DNA of 64,000 nucleotides from Trichoplax adhaerens (GCF_000150275.1 NW_002060944.1:6930245-6994244), one strand, 5' to 3'; positions 13,001 through 27,749 are shown, counted from the first letter of the stretch. A program made the numbers and translations. The notes: generated by a model not told the origin, from the letters alone.

Positions 13001-16000
13001 GGCCTATATCTCTCTGGCATTCTACTAAATTTAAAATAGCTTTCATTGTTTCCTTAAGAATTTACCAGAATCTAGTGATTTGTGAAAGTTCATATTGCTT
13101 GATTCATACGCATTTATAGATATGCCGTGATGCTTAAAAATCATCCTGCTTTTCATCAAATTAATAAAATGTATAAAGTCTGCTAGCTAAAATTTCCTAA
13201 GTGATGTCAATCATGATATAAATTGCGATTCTACTTGTCCGGCATTTTGCAATACTTAAGATAGTTCAACTGATCACGTAACATTCCAAGCTCTAGCAAT
13301 CTACTCATATGCTAATGCAGATGATTTTTTTAATATGTATCTAATCTTAGAATACGCCATTACATTTGGCTGCAACTAATGGCCATTCATCTGCGGTAAA
13401 TCTTTTACTGGATTATGGAGCTGATCCGTCCAGAACCAATCAATTCGATTGCACTCCGTTAGATTTAGCTATTGAGAATATTCAGAAAGATACTGCTTTA
13501 GCATTTGTCAATCATAAAAGGTAAAGAGTTCAGATTATGCTTCATATAGGCATAAAATATACCTCCGGTAAGATATTTCGAAATAACGTAATTTGATACT
13601 TGCTCTTTTTTATTAATTTAAATATAAGGTGGCAGGAAGCATTATCTAGCATTGGAAAAGGTGATAATCCTCCTATGAAAGGCTTAATTGCCACATTACC
13701 TGATGTTGCTAAGGTTATACGCACTACTATGATACATAAATATAATGCAGTTTACCTGAATACTTCAATTTCACATATTATAGAATGTTTAGCTATAGAG
13801 ATTTAGATGGTAATACAAGGTTTTAATTTAATTTGTAAAGCTAATAAAATTCAACTCATAATTCCAATGTATTCACAAAAATTTATTCTTTGCAGGTGGT
13901 TATGAACCGCTGCATTACAACAAGTGCACTATCGGAACAACATCCCGATTTTTCGGTATACTTTCTAAATTCTTAATTATAGTATCATGCAAATAGATTT
14001 TAATTACTTTCATAGGATAGTTTAACTACAACTTTACTCTCTCTATTACAAATCGTTTTATAAAATAACATTGTAAATATATTCACGGCTAGCTTATAAT
14101 ACCGGAATATTGAAATTTTTTTATTTTTAAACGAATGGGAAATAATCCCTTTCCTTTCATTCCTACAAACCTTCAATATGTTCCATAATTTGAACGACAC
14201 AAGATTACTTATAACTACAGCTATTTACTTTCACATCCACGATCCCTGCACAATCGATTTTTTGGCTTAAAGGTATAATTAAACAAGATATTTACCTGAT
14301 ATTTACATATTAGCACGTATACGGTATATAAGTTTAGATATTAATAAAGGGATTATGTACACATAATGAATTGTATGACGTTTTTAATTCAATTTTAGTA
14401 CTATTATCAGATATTTTCTCTTTCATACTGTACTCTTGCTAAAGTACGTAAAATGTAAAGATATTTACTAGATATATCGCATAAAATAATATAAAACTTT
14501 ACACAATACATCATGTGCTTTATCTCGTAAGTAATTCTATTTTAGTAGCTATATTATAGGCATCTCGGAAGTTCAATAATCGTATTTTTTGTTCGTTTTC
14601 AGGATATGATTTCTAATAACCGTGAGACATTATTAAATCACCCGTTAGCAAGACATCTATTAGAATACAAGTGGTAAAATAATTTGATATCAGTAATATC
14701 AACATCAATTCTATAATAGATGATTGAACTTAATTGATCATAGTATTTACTTCTTGTCCAGATAACAGTATCAAAATAGCTTAATTTATTTCGCTTGAAG
14801 AGTATGCTGAGATTAGCTTAGGACTGAATAATTAAATTTAATAATCAAAATTATCATTCCTTGTTTGGACAGTAGTATCAGAATATCTTCATTTGTAATG
14901 CTCGAAAGAAATACAGATATTAGATAGGTTTTCATCTTCAGTGAGTTCTTAAGGTCTTGACCTGAGAATCCATTTAATTTTAAAATTGAAACAATCAGAA
15001 TAATCAATTCTACTGTAATTAATAGCGGCACAATCATACGCTCATTTAGCAGCTTAAAATGACGATAAAATTAGTTGATCGAATTCTGAATGCCCTGTCC
15101 TATATTTTATCTCTGATTGGAAACGAAATACAGGAATTTGTATGGCAGATGGATATATTATCCGGCATTTATTGCTTACGTAATCTACCTAACAACAGTA
15201 ACGATATTCATGATTTATACCACAACATTCCAAAGTTTTAACGAGGTAAACAAAATTAAAATCTACTTTCTAGAAAGACTTATTATATTTATTCTATTAC
15301 GTAATTACTTAAACTTATGTATAATAAATTCTGTAAATAAAAATTCTTATTTATACACGTATACGTACAGCTCATGCCACAATCTTTCATTTCATCCTTT
15401 CTATATTAATACCTAGACAAGAATTGAGACTACAGTTTTACAAGTTGGATTGGTCTTAATGTCTTGCATCGCCTTGATTATTCAGTTATTTCAAATCCTA
15501 CAAAAGGTTAATTATTAACAAAAAGAAACTGTAAATTGATTTCTGATTAAATTATGGAAAATGAGTTGTACTTAATAACTTAACTCAATCATGACATTTA
15601 ATCATTTCTACACTATATCTGCAAATAGAGATTGAAGTACTTCAAAAATTGGACCAAAGTATTAGATTGGTCGGTTGCAATTTCGATTTTACTGTACGTT
15701 GTTCCAGCCGAAAGATCCATTACCTTTTCCGCAAATAATCAAGTTGATATAGTTAATTTCACCTTCGGATTATTTGATGGCTATCGACCTCGAGGTACTC
15801 AAGTTGCTGCTGGAGCTGTTGCTATTCTACTAGCGTGGTGCCATTTTCTGTTATATCTTCAAAGGTATGGATAGAGAGAGTAGCTATAAATGTTCAGATC
15901 GTATAGACTAAGTAGAAATTGCCGTCATAGTATCTGGTGCTAAGGTAATGTTGTGATATAACCAGCAGATTTAAAGGTAGATATTAGATTCGGTTGTTAA

Positions 16001-18199
16001 TAGAGAAGGAACTTGAAGTCTTTGATGCAAATCTTACAGAATGCAAAAGATCGCAATTTTCAACTTTCCTTCAGCTACAAACTTGTTTATAGGCTATTGC
16101 GATAGTTACTTTTACATTTTTGTCTCAATACCTAAGCGTTCTCGTTGCTGTAATCACCTTACCAGTTGTATGAATTCTCATAGAAAACCTATAGTATAGC
16201 AGTTTATTAACTGCCACTTTTGTTATAGATTTGCCCTTGGCACCTACGTTATTATGTTTGTTGCTGTCCTGAAATCGGTCTTGCGGGTAAGATAGCTTCA
16301 AAGGGTAGTTAAATCGATCTACTGTATTACTATGCGCAAATTACTATTTGATATAATTTATGTCTTGCTTTGATTTATAGGTTTTACTACTATTTTCCGT
16401 TTTCATCCTTGGTTTTGGTTTATCATTTTTTCTGCTAACAAATCAACAAATGGTATATTGTATTTTATGAATGTCACACCAATTAAAGGGATGACAAATT
16501 ATTTGGCGTTAAAACGATATTTCTTATCCTCTGTACCTATAGGATAGCTTCAAAACTATTCCGCTCTCGCTCTTACGGGTTTTAATTATGATGTTAGGTG
16601 AAATTCAATTCGAAGAATTTTTACCTCACTTCTTTAATAGAACAGCTAGTTCAACTACTGCTTCTGTTATGGGCGGCACCAACTCCATTCCATTTGACGT
16701 GCCTGCTGAAGTAGGCGCTATTCTGGCTTTTTTTTGCATCCTGATGCCGATTATTTTAATGAATTTACTGGTAAGATTTCTTTATTGGCTAAAATTCATA
16801 GTTATCAATGTAGATGAACAGATATCGAAGAAGAGTTTAATGCTTATTTCTTTTATTACTTCCTAGGTTGGTTTAGCTGTCGGTGATATTGATGGTGTAC
16901 GCCATGTAGCAGGTGTTGCCCGAATTCAAAGCCAGGTTATTAATTTAGTCCTATTCACAGGCAAATTCAGTTAAACTCTATTAATTAATGAATTACTAAA
17001 GACATAGTATGGAAAGTAATTTAATCTTAGGAATGAATTTGTCTAGGTTTATTTCATTGACGAAGTTGATTCTATGATGTGGAAATCATTGCAATGCCGA
17101 TTTCATCTATCTGAAAATGCAATTAGGCCCAATGACCCAAATTCTGCGGTTTGTAGCCGAGCCATTGTGAACTAGCAATAGAATCTCGCAACTTTAGCGC
17201 TTTTTTTCTCGTATTTCTTCACTGCTGAACTTCTAATATAGCTCCTTTATCAAGTATTAACATCCAAGATGTAATCTTCGTAGTTCTATAATTGATTCAA
17301 GGGGAAATTAACGAAATAGAACCTAAATCACTTATCGGCAGCTATAATCTTTTTCGAAATTTTTAATATAGCTCCTTTATCAAGTATTGATATCCAAGTT
17401 GTAATTTTCATAGTTCTACAATTAATTTAGTATCACTTTTCGGCAGTGATAGTCTCTAGTATCTAAAATAATGTTGCACCAGTACAATTTCTCCAGTTAA
17501 TTCATATATCTAGGAGATATTGTGGATCATTCTTAAAGATTGGCTGGTTTTGTAGTTTTAGTAAACGTCTGCCTCGATTTAGAGTATCTCTGTGTCAATA
17601 AAACCTTAACCTATAAAATTTAGTATAGTAACATGATTCAGCTTGATAGGCTTTCATCCTACACTCCATTTTTAAATAGCCAATTTTCACCTATTATGAT
17701 TTATTAGATAGAATGCATAGGGCAATTATTCAAGTAGAGCAGCCGCTTTAATTCATTTGCTTTTTCATTTCAGGTTAATCGCTATCTTAGTCCTTTATTC
17801 ATGCTGACTAAAAAAATTTCAGCTCCATTAGTTGATTATGATAGTCAGGACACGAAATTGGAGAAAACTGTTCGAGAAATGTCAAAAGATTTTGATAAAC
17901 AATATGAAAGGTAGGATAAAAAATGTAAAAAATTGCCTTATATGATACATTAATTGTTTAAAATGACAATGATAACACTTTAATAGATATAATCTTTGGT
18001 TATTTTCTACTCTCATGGCAAAAATTAAAGATTTAATTAACTTTTTGATTTTAGAATCAAAGATATGCAGCGTGAAATGGATACGCAGAGTAAAGAATTA
18101 AGAGCTATAAAAGAACTTTTAGAGCAAGTAGTCACGCAAGATAGACCTGTGAGCGCTACATTGAGTGCTACATTGAAAAGACAAATGTCTTCTGTCTAA
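7075..18199 (+). CDS. TRPA1: TRPA1-like transient receptor potential cation channel (multi-exon; about 16-17 ankyrin repeats, 6 TM segments, coiled coil)
   Basis: Spliced exons encode repeated TPLH-type ankyrin motifs (SPLHYAAHYGH, TPLHLAAMHGH and others), the pre-S1 segment NNRETLLNHPLARHLLEYKWNLYG, FLLYLQRF, the pore MMLGEIQFEE, S6 PIILMNLLVGLAVGDI and a C-terminal coiled coil ending RQMSSV*. The first exon (ATG 7075-7098) joins exon 7299-7451 in phase 0 and is less certain. Confidence 0.93.
7720..8010. repeat. About 94-bp degenerate tandem repeat x3 in TRPA intron 2
   Basis: aattcag(c/t)t(c/a)gat..tg..ta.agt.aaagcttta recurs near 7760, 7855 and 7948. Confidence 0.65.
17233..17425. repeat. 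About 130-bp-spaced direct duplication in a TRPA intron
   Basis: taatatagctcctttatcaagtatt..atccaag.tgtaat.ttc.tagttcta.aatt occurs at about 17234 and about 17364. Confidence 0.75.
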
Positions 18200-19433
18200 A
18201 TTTGACAATTTTTAATCGAGAAATCAATTAATATCAGGGTTATGGATATTTCCTTAGTGTCTAGCACATTTTGTGAAACTAACTACCGTAGCCAACTTTA
18301 AAGTATCATTTTATTATAGGAGTAATTACCGATATATACGTATATTTATCGTTTTTTGAACAGCAGTAGTGCCTATTTACGTATCTTGCTTTTTATCGCG
18401 ATTTTTTCCCCCATCACCAACTATAGGTGCTATTTAATTATGAGCTCGAGATGTGAGCAATTTGGTTAAAATATGAATATTTTTAAGTTACCGATGAAGC
18501 TAATTATGATGTTATTTTATGTTAGCCAAGTGTGTTATGTGTAGCTAAGGAGATTTTGTAGCAAAGGTAAAATGTTCTGTAATATCGTGGATAATAATGT
18601 CCGACTAGCAATAGTTACCTTCCCATTTATATATATGTTAAGTAGTAAATGTTGCTGCTTAGCTTGGGTGATGAATTAAAATCGAGCAATTGAAAGGCAC
18701 TCGATTTTAAAGTAATTGATTGTGTTTTTATCATTACTTTCTAGTAGTGATCAAATGACTTCAAATTTATCACGTAAAGGTATTTAATATTCAATGTCTT
18801 ATTCAACAATTATCTTGCACAGACACAATGGACTGTGTGTTGATTAAATTATCGTCATTTATTGGCTGCTATATTACAAACTTTCCTTACTCGTTAATTA
18901 TAGATAATGACATTTTTTACCCGATATAATATTTTTCAAGTGTTATATTTTCTGCGATTGGAAAAGATTGCAGTAAAATATATTAGCACGATATGTTACA
19001 ATAATCCTTTTGTAGGTACTCAATCATTATTAATCGATGTAAGTATGATAAATTTATCTTGCTGAGATTTTATATCACCGAAATAGAGGACTATTTAAAT
19101 AAAATTGTTTAGTTAAACTGTAATAAGAATTTTATTTGCAATGAACGCTTGTTGCAAGTAAAACTATAATCACAAAATTTCCAATTTCTATATACAATGC
19201 ATAAAAGTGATTATCTTGTAGTTTTTAGTATACCGAAACTGCATGTAGAATATTCTACATAAGGATATAGTGCAGAGTTTCAATGGTTAAAAGATTAATA
19301 TAATATACAGTATTTCCCGCGTGTTTTAACCAATTGTAGCAAAAATTAGCTAATATACAGTACATCATTGGACGATCGAATATAATACTAAGTCTATATC
19401 ATGATATAACAACCGGTAAATAATCCATTACTG

Positions 19434-20184
19434 TTAATCACAAGAACCGTCTTTCCATCCATCACGCCATCGTTCGTTGACTTTTGAACAATCGAATAAT
19501 TTTTTACCTAGCCTGCCGTTCACTTCGTTATGGGCATAACACATCCATTTGGAAAAGCGATCTTGATTTTCAGCCTGAGGTGGATTATCTTTCATCCTAA
19601 TTGCATCAATATCAACGTCTTTTTAATAGGAAAGAGTTTACAATTATAATTGAACATTATATATGCATATCAAGGCTACGATCTTACGTATTGGAAAGTA
19701 TACAATTATAGTTGCTCATTACATCTGTATGTTATTATGCACTATTCTCTATATTTAAGTTTTCTTCTAGACTATAGGCTATATTTGTATAATGTCTAAA
19801 GTATGCTGGATAATAACCATTTAAAATAAGGGCTTGTTTCCAAGTTCAGACACTTTTTATGACTTACCAACTTCTTAAATGAGTAGCACAATCATCACAT
19901 GGAAAAAATTTTGAAAATAGGTGCATAAATTTATGAATGTCTTCCTTTTGTGATGGGCTTGGATTGTCAGGGTAGTAAGCGGCCATGGTATGTAGAAATC
20001 CCCAGGTCGAACGCCCTAATTCGCCGAGAAATAATGGACATTCTTTCTTTTCAGTCGACTTGTTATCTTGAGCTACGGGAGGATCAGGTTTAGTAGTATG
20101 TTTTTGATTGGTTGCTTGGGTCTCCTGCAGACCGGCCCATGATTTAAAGTCAGAACAAGCACGACATTTGCGAGTTGCATCCAT
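19434..20184 (-). CDS. GFER: FAD-linked sulfhydryl oxidase ERV1/ALR (exons 20184-19868, 19596-19434)
   Basis: CRAC shuttle motif, [19 protein letters not shown], redox motif [25 protein letters not shown] and C-terminal [13 protein letters not shown] probable 5' UTR intron lies at about 20218-20566. Confidence 0.95.
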
Positions 20185-20815
20185 TTGTCTTTGGTTGTAA
20201 GAAATAGGCAAAGTACCTATTGATGGTATTAAGTACGCAAAGTGATATGATCTCTAATCCATATGCATATAGGCTTGGTACAGTAAGATATTTGTAAAGT
20301 ATCTTCTAGGTAAACCGATCTACTTCACCATATGCATGTTAATCAATGAATCAATAGAATGAATCAGCAGTAGAAAGCGAGTATACTGATATACGAGTAT
20401 GTAATAACTAGTAGAGAGCTGGTCTAATGTGAGTTGCTTATCCTAGGTTCAGTCTAGAGCCTACTTTGTTCCTTGCATTTACCATCCCATCGCACTGCTA
20501 TCTATCTACTGACAAAATTAATCGCTATCAGATAGCCGGTAAGAGAGTGGTGACTTGTGAGCTTACCTTTGGACTATCCACTTCAATTCTGCAAAAATGT
20601 GCGTAATGGGTTGGAAATGATTTAAAATCCTACACAAGAATCCTTAGTTTATCGTAGTACCACTGCAATTGGAAAGGATTGATTACTTGATGACATTGGC
20701 CGTTGATAGCTAATAATTTCCAATTTGGTCGATTGATTGAACACGATCAATCAATATCAATGGCCAAATGATGACGTGATATTGCATCGGTTTTCTACCC
20801 TTTGGATCATTTGAG

Positions 20816-20903
20816 CTACAGTACTGTACTGTAGTACTGTACTGTAGGGATCATTTAAACTACTGTACAGTCTCTGTACTGTACTGTACTGTACTATACT
20901 GTA
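20816..20903. repeat. (TACTG/CAGTA)n pentamer-rich tract in the GFER/EIF3B divergent spacer
   Basis: Runs such as gtactgtactgtagtactgtactgta and tgtactgtactgtactgtactatactgta, followed by CACGTG at about 20909. Confidence 0.75.
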
Positions 20904-21894
20904 GAAATCACGTGGCGATTGAAGTGATTAAGTGAAATTCATACTGATACAGTACAGTAGAGTAGAAACTCCTAGGAGTTTCTAGTAGTAGGCTACAAGT
21001 GGTCAAATGGCTTTTTTTTCCTTTGCCTAGATGCATAATGGTGGCTTTCGAGGAAACGCTCACCAGGTTATGGCATGGACTACAGAAGGTGCTGCCAATA
21101 TGGTAGTTTTACTATTTATAGTATTACACTACTGTACAGTAGACCATACGAGAATAGCAAAAGTGGTTTGAATCAATGCTTACCCCCCCCCCCTCTCATC
21201 TGTACAGGTAGGTATTGACTCAATGACTCGGTAGCCACTGACTCTCCTTTGAATCCCCAATTCATCTCAGGTGCGTCTAGTTGTCCATCCATGCTTATGG
21301 ATATTGGATAAGCCTCACGGTAATAATAGTATTTACAGTAAAGCAGCGCTGACAGTGATTATTGCTTATACTGTACAGTATATTGAAGTTCTTTCTCTTA
21401 CAAGTCCCTACATGCACCTCGCTGAGGTACAGTAGTGAAAAGTCTCTTTTATTACTTTGACTGATCTTTTATAACCTCTATTCAGGGAGTTTTAAAAAAA
21501 AATGGCCAGGATTTTCTCTTTCAAAGTCTCTGCTCTAACATGAGAAGCCCTTCACCGCTATACAGCTACAGTGTACAGTCTACACTTCACAGTACTATTC
21601 ACCACAGACACAGTATACGGTACTGTAGTTTCGCTCCATTAGCACCGCAGGGGCCACGTGTACTTGGGTAATGTGCTTTGAACTGGCGCACTGTCTATAG
21701 TATTCACTACGCTCAGTATGGTAGGGCTTCCAACGCTATTTGATATGATTTCAGTCCGACCAGACGTAACTCCTACAGTGATTAGACTGAAGTTCTCCAT
21801 TCAGTACAGGCGTTATACCCAAGATTGGCGTATTTCAGTATCTCGGTAAGACTGGATTCGCCATTCGCTGGAGGCCATCTTATCATTCAACGCC

Positions 21895-24800
21895 ATGGCT
21901 ATGGAGAAAGATACCACGGACAAATCAAATCAAGAAGAGAACGACGAAGATTTAATTGATGAGAGCGAAATAGATGATGCTCAATTTGAAGATCCACCGG
22001 ACTTTGTCGACAATTTAACTGATAGAGGTATGACTGGCATAGATTTTACAGCAACTCAAGTTGGAAATAGCAAGGGCTGTACTCAGTGGTCGTTGTTTGA
22101 TGGCTAGCGAGTTCATGCTTTGAAAAATTTTATCTGCCAAGCAGATAGTCCTACACTAATTGATTCTACCTTTATACAGAGGATAACTATTCAGTCTAAC
22201 TCTAAGTAGAAACTCGATTGATAACTTGATTGAAATTTTGTAAAATCATAAATAGAATGAGTGAGTGCAAAAAGTTCTTCAATAGTACGTGCAATACTCC
22301 TCTCTATTCAACTCATACAGGAGTGATACGGTTACAGCGATGGTTGTGAACAAAATAAGAAGTTAAAAAAAAAAGTACTGTTTTGTCCATATAGCTTGTC
22401 TTCAATTGAGTTCCACTAAATATTGTAATTTTTACTGACTGTATTCCATGCTGCCAGGGATAACAAATGACCCTGTAGTCATAATACTCTGAAGTAGGGT
22501 CGGTCATTCTTGCACCCACGCGTAGTAGTCGATATTACTATAAAACGGATAATTCTAATATCCTTATGAGTGAAACAACATTAGAGGCTTTGCAGTAAAG
22601 TAGATTTCTTACGATTGTGTTTCTCTAACCTGTATGGTACAGTTAACTATAAGATAGATATGTCGATAGCCAATGACCTGCAGTCATAAAATTCACAAGT
22701 AGGATTATTCTTGTACCCACTATTAGTATCGATGACATTATATACTATAAAACGGACATTCCCAATATCCTTATGAATGAAACAACATGACATGGTACAG
22801 CTATAGGATACACTCTTACATGTCGTAATAGCATAAAAGAATTCGTAGCAATAGGTGAAAGTAAATGGATTAAACTTTTTATCTTTCTCTAATCTGTCAT
22901 ACCATGTAGACGTCGCAGCAGAAGGCGGTTTTATCTGCCCAATTGCCAATGATGACCTCAGCAGTTTACTGGTGGTTGACAATGTACCCGAAGTTGGTCA
23001 GGAGAAATTAGAAAAACTAAAAAATGTCATCACACGAATTTTCGGTCGATTTGGAAATGTAACCTCCAATTACTTTCCTCAAGGTAGCAATGGCAAAACT
23101 AAAGGGTAAGTTAGCATACTGTTACTAACTTTAGTGCATGCATACATACGATATTGAATCGTATCCAACTGATTAGCCATACGAAAATGGATGGAATAAC
23201 GGTAGTTTATTGACATGTTGGCACTCTTGCTACGATAATGTATGCATAGATACATCTACTGTATATTGGAAGGCTGTAATGACTACTTCCTGTATTCTTC
23301 AACTAATAACACGAGTATATCTTATTTGAATGAAACTATAGTCATTTATAAATACTTCACCTTTATTACTAGCTTCAGTGCTGTGTACGCAATTGCAGTA
23401 CCCATTTTTATCTATACTGCATACATATGAATAGTATAGGTCTTCTTACGATCTAACCAATAAGCTCGTACTTATATCATATTTTGTCAAATAATTGCAG
23501 TGCTGTTATAAACATTTATTCTCAGTTGAAATAGACGTAACTTTAGCGAAATCATAAGATACCAACTAGCATATTGGAATGATATGCTGTCTACTCTGCA
23601 ATTCCTCTCAGTACGTGTACGAATGATAACACTAAAATTTAAATCTAGATATATTTTCCTGGAATTCGCTACCAAAGAAGAAGCTGTCAGCGCTTGCAGA
23701 GCAACCAATGGTTATGCACTTGATAAGCAGCACATTTTTGCTGTCAATCTATTTAATGATTTTGAAAAGTAAGCGAATCTATCCTTATTATGCTTGTTTA
23801 AGTTCGTGTTGATAGTATTTGAATAAAAATATTTTGTTACGTTATTGATCTAAACTTTTAAACACAATCAACTACCCTTTCAATGATCGATTGTCAGAGA
23901 TATCGCTTAGAGTCTATTGATATTTTACATTGATCAATTTTATAGTAAATGGTTAATATTCCGAATGATGCACTCAGAAACTTTCTATTCTTATTACTAG
24001 GTATCGTTCTCCTCCTTCACAGGAAAAAATCGAGCCTAATCCATTTGTTGAAGAGGTAGAAACGATATTCATTATCTAATAGCAATAAATGACTGTAATT
24101 TAAACTTTGATTTTACTAATACACTACTCTCGGTAATACGTATAAGTTTAATTATTATCATTTAATCTTTTTAACTTATCTTTCGTTCTTGACAACTTGA
24201 CTTAACTAGGAGAATTTACGTTGGTGGTTACAAGATCCTGACTGTGCTGACCAGTATGCTATGCAGTTTGGCCACTACACTGGCATTTACTGGAATAGTA
24301 CTCGCAGTCCTACGCTAATAATTGAACGAGAGGTAAGCCTATATTCTGTAGACATTACTACTGGCTGTACCAATACCGTTATCTACCAAGTACAATCTTC
24401 ATAGTTTTATTTCCACTCTATGTTAGCACTGGACTGAATCTGCTGCAGTTAAATGGACTCCAAAAGGTACTTACCTTGCAACATGTCACGATAAGGGGAT
24501 CATTTTATGGGGTGGTAAAGGATTCGACAGAAAAATGAGATTTACCCATCGAAATGTCAAGCATATCGATTTCTCACCATGCGAAAGGTAGAGTATGTAA
24601 TTAAATACTTTATTAACTGTAATAGAATGTTCGAGATAAGTAAAAAACATGTAAAGGAATAATCCATTGCTGAACAGATTCAAATTTTTATCGTTATCAT
24701 AGATATCTTGTTTCATTCAGTCCAGAATTTTTGGAGCAAAAGGAAGGCGATGATCAAACGGTATCTATAATTAGTACAGTTAGATATTAGGATTGTTGCT

Positions 24801-27115
24801 AATATAGTGTTCTAAACTGCCTTACGATAATTTCAACTTTTACCGTAGGAGCCAATCATTATTTGGGATGTTCGCACTGGAAAAAAGAAACGTGGATTTT
24901 ATTGTGAACCTGATGCAATCCGATGGCCTGTCTTAAAGTAAGTACTATAATCTCTAATAGCTTTAATATTATTGCTTAGTCAAGCATAATAATATTCTGG
25001 TATTTATATCGAGATCTGATCATAATTATCATCGTATAGGTGGAGTCATGATGGAAAGTATTTTGCTCGAATAACAAAAGCTGGGCAAGAAGATGCTTGT
25101 ATTAGTGTCTATGATACAGAGGTATATTCATTAACTACCAACGGTAGTCCTGTAATATTGTTAAATTAAGGCTTATTTTTATTTTAGACGTGTGGACTGC
25201 TAGATAAGAAGAGTATCAAGATACCATGTGTAAAGTGAGTAATTACATTATATTAATAAAATTCTATTGGGCTAAGGCATTCATATTTCTATAATTGGGT
25301 ACTATTTTTACGCTAGGGACTTTTCCTGGTCTCCTGGTGATCATGTCTTGGCTTTCTGGGTTCCAGAAGTTAAAGATATCCCTGCTCGAGTAACGTTAAT
25401 GCAAATTCCAACGCGAAATGAAATTCGATCGAAAAATCTCTTTAGTGTCGCTGACGTTAGTATTTATTCAGATAAATTTGAATAAATGTAGTTGTTTATC
25501 GGTAGTGTTGTCAGTTTCTTTTGAGTAAATATTTATATTTGTTTACGTACAGTGTAAAATGTTTTGGCAAAGTAAAGGGGATTACCTTTGTGTTCAAGTG
25601 AGCAGAATGAATAAAAACAAGAAGGTAACATATAACCTAAATTATTTTATAATATTTTCAAGGTGATCCACCGTAGCAATATTTCTCTATAATTATAAAT
25701 CCCACTTTGATGCTTGTACAGATTTCATTCTGCAACTTTGAAATCTTTCATGTCAGACAAAAGCTAATCCCGGTAGATAATATTGAATTGCGAGGTAAGG
25801 CATTCAAATTATATTGATTTTCTTTTTTAACTGGCTACAATACTCAAACTAAATCTCACAACCTCAATCCTTATCTGTTACTTAGATACCGTTGTCGATT
25901 GTGGAATCGAACCTGGTGGCTCAAAATTAGTTGTTATTCATGGAGAGGGTGTACGCAGCTCTGCATCATTTTACGAATTGCATGATGCTAAAGGACAACT
26001 ATCTTGTCTAAGTAATTTAATTGAGATACTTTTGCATTTGAGTCGCTGCAAGTGCAGTATTTAACGTAGCGTTTATGCTTTATTGTTAGAAACCATAGAA
26101 AAAGTACAAGTAAATACTGTGTCTTGGTCACCTAATGGCAGATTTGTGGTTTTGGCCCAATTACGAACGTATGTTTAACTGATGCAGTCATTACATTCTT
26201 ATCTAAAAATATTGCATTAAATATTAAATTTTATGTAAACTTGCATTTCAGATCTTCCGATGGTGTGCTAGAATTTTATGATAGTACCGATATAACGCTT
26301 ATGGGTACCGGTGAACACTTTAAAGTCACTGATATCAATTGGGATCCTACAGGAAGATATATTATTACTGGAGTGAGTAGCTGGGCTGTTAAGGTCAGTA
26401 ATAGAGTAACAGACAACTTAAAAAACATTTATTTGTAACATTTTTATATATTCAGTCTACCTTATATACTTACGTATCGATAATTTTTTCATTGTATTAA
26501 GATGGATGCAGGTTATACTGCGTGGTCATTCCAAGGAAAATGTTTGCGCCAAGAACAAATAGATAACTTTGGAATCATTTCATGGCGTCCTCGACCTCCA
26601 ACTCTTCTCAGCGCCGAGGAAATTTCACGTATTAAAAAGGATTTGAAAAAATATCAACGTACCTTCGATGCCAAAGATCGTATGAGTCAAAGTAAAGCGT
26701 CAAAGGTAAAACAACAAATTGTATTTTTAATCCGTTAGCACTTGGGCATGATTCTAACTTAGCATATTGTATATCAGTTTCTAAATTGGTCTCATACTAT
26801 TTTACATAGGAACTCGTTGATAAGAGGCGAAAGCTTGTACAAGATTACACAACTTATCGTGAACAAAAGACGAAGGTATACGAAAGGGAAGCTGTACAAC
26901 GAAGGTCCCTTCGTTATGGTAAGCACATTATAAAACCTTGAAGGGATTTTTTACATTCTGATATAAAAAAGATTTGCAGATTGACTGTTATTATTGTTTG
27001 CACGGTCTTGATTTTATGCTACATTACAGAAGAAGAAGAAAAGAATACTGAAGATGATTATGTCGAGGAAGTCATAGAGGTCTTAGTCAAAGAAGAGCTC
27101 TTCCCGATAGAATAA
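21895..27115 (+). CDS. EIF3B: Eukaryotic translation initiation factor 3 subunit B (multi-exon)
   Basis: [12 protein letters not shown] ([52 protein letters not shown]), [43 protein letters not shown] and [10 protein letters not shown], ending FPIE*. Confidence 0.97.
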
Positions 27116-27749
27116 TTTGTTTTACAAATAAATAAAATATCAGTCCACTCTGGGTGCCAATTATATCGTGACAAGAGTTTCGGCTATTTTATCGATTGCT
27201 TTTTCTGAGGTTGAATCTCTGTAACATTTGCATTCGGAATAAAATTTAAATCGATTAAAATCTATGTAATTAATTTATAATTATTTTATAATGTTCTCGT
27301 TGTGATTGATTGTTTATCCAGCATGATTTATTCAGTGATGAAATACGATATTTTTATTTATAACACAGATTTCAGCTGACACTTAAACTCGTCTACACGT
27401 GGTATAAATATTACTTCTGTGGTAAAACTGATATGAATTGCTTGGGCAAATTGCTTTAGCTTTGTACAATTAATGTTAAAAGTCTACTTTCTGTACTCAA
27501 CGTACGAGTTCTGAAATTGCACTATAACATAATATGGGGTGGGGGGCATCTCACAGCAATTGCTACTTCGGCGATGAATAGTGCATAACGTTGTGTTAAT
27601 TTTTAAATTTTTACGAGGTTGAATAGTATATCGAAACAAAATTATCGTATTTTACAAACGTTAACAACCCTAAAATGTGTACTAAGCGTACAAATATGCT
27701 TACAATGGCTAAAAATAAATTATAGTTTCTGCCGTTTTGGTAATGACAT

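Noticed and set aside
20770-21662. TGACGTGA and CACGTG motifs as specific UPR/E-box elements
   Set aside because: Short motifs with no independent support; not callable from sequence alone.
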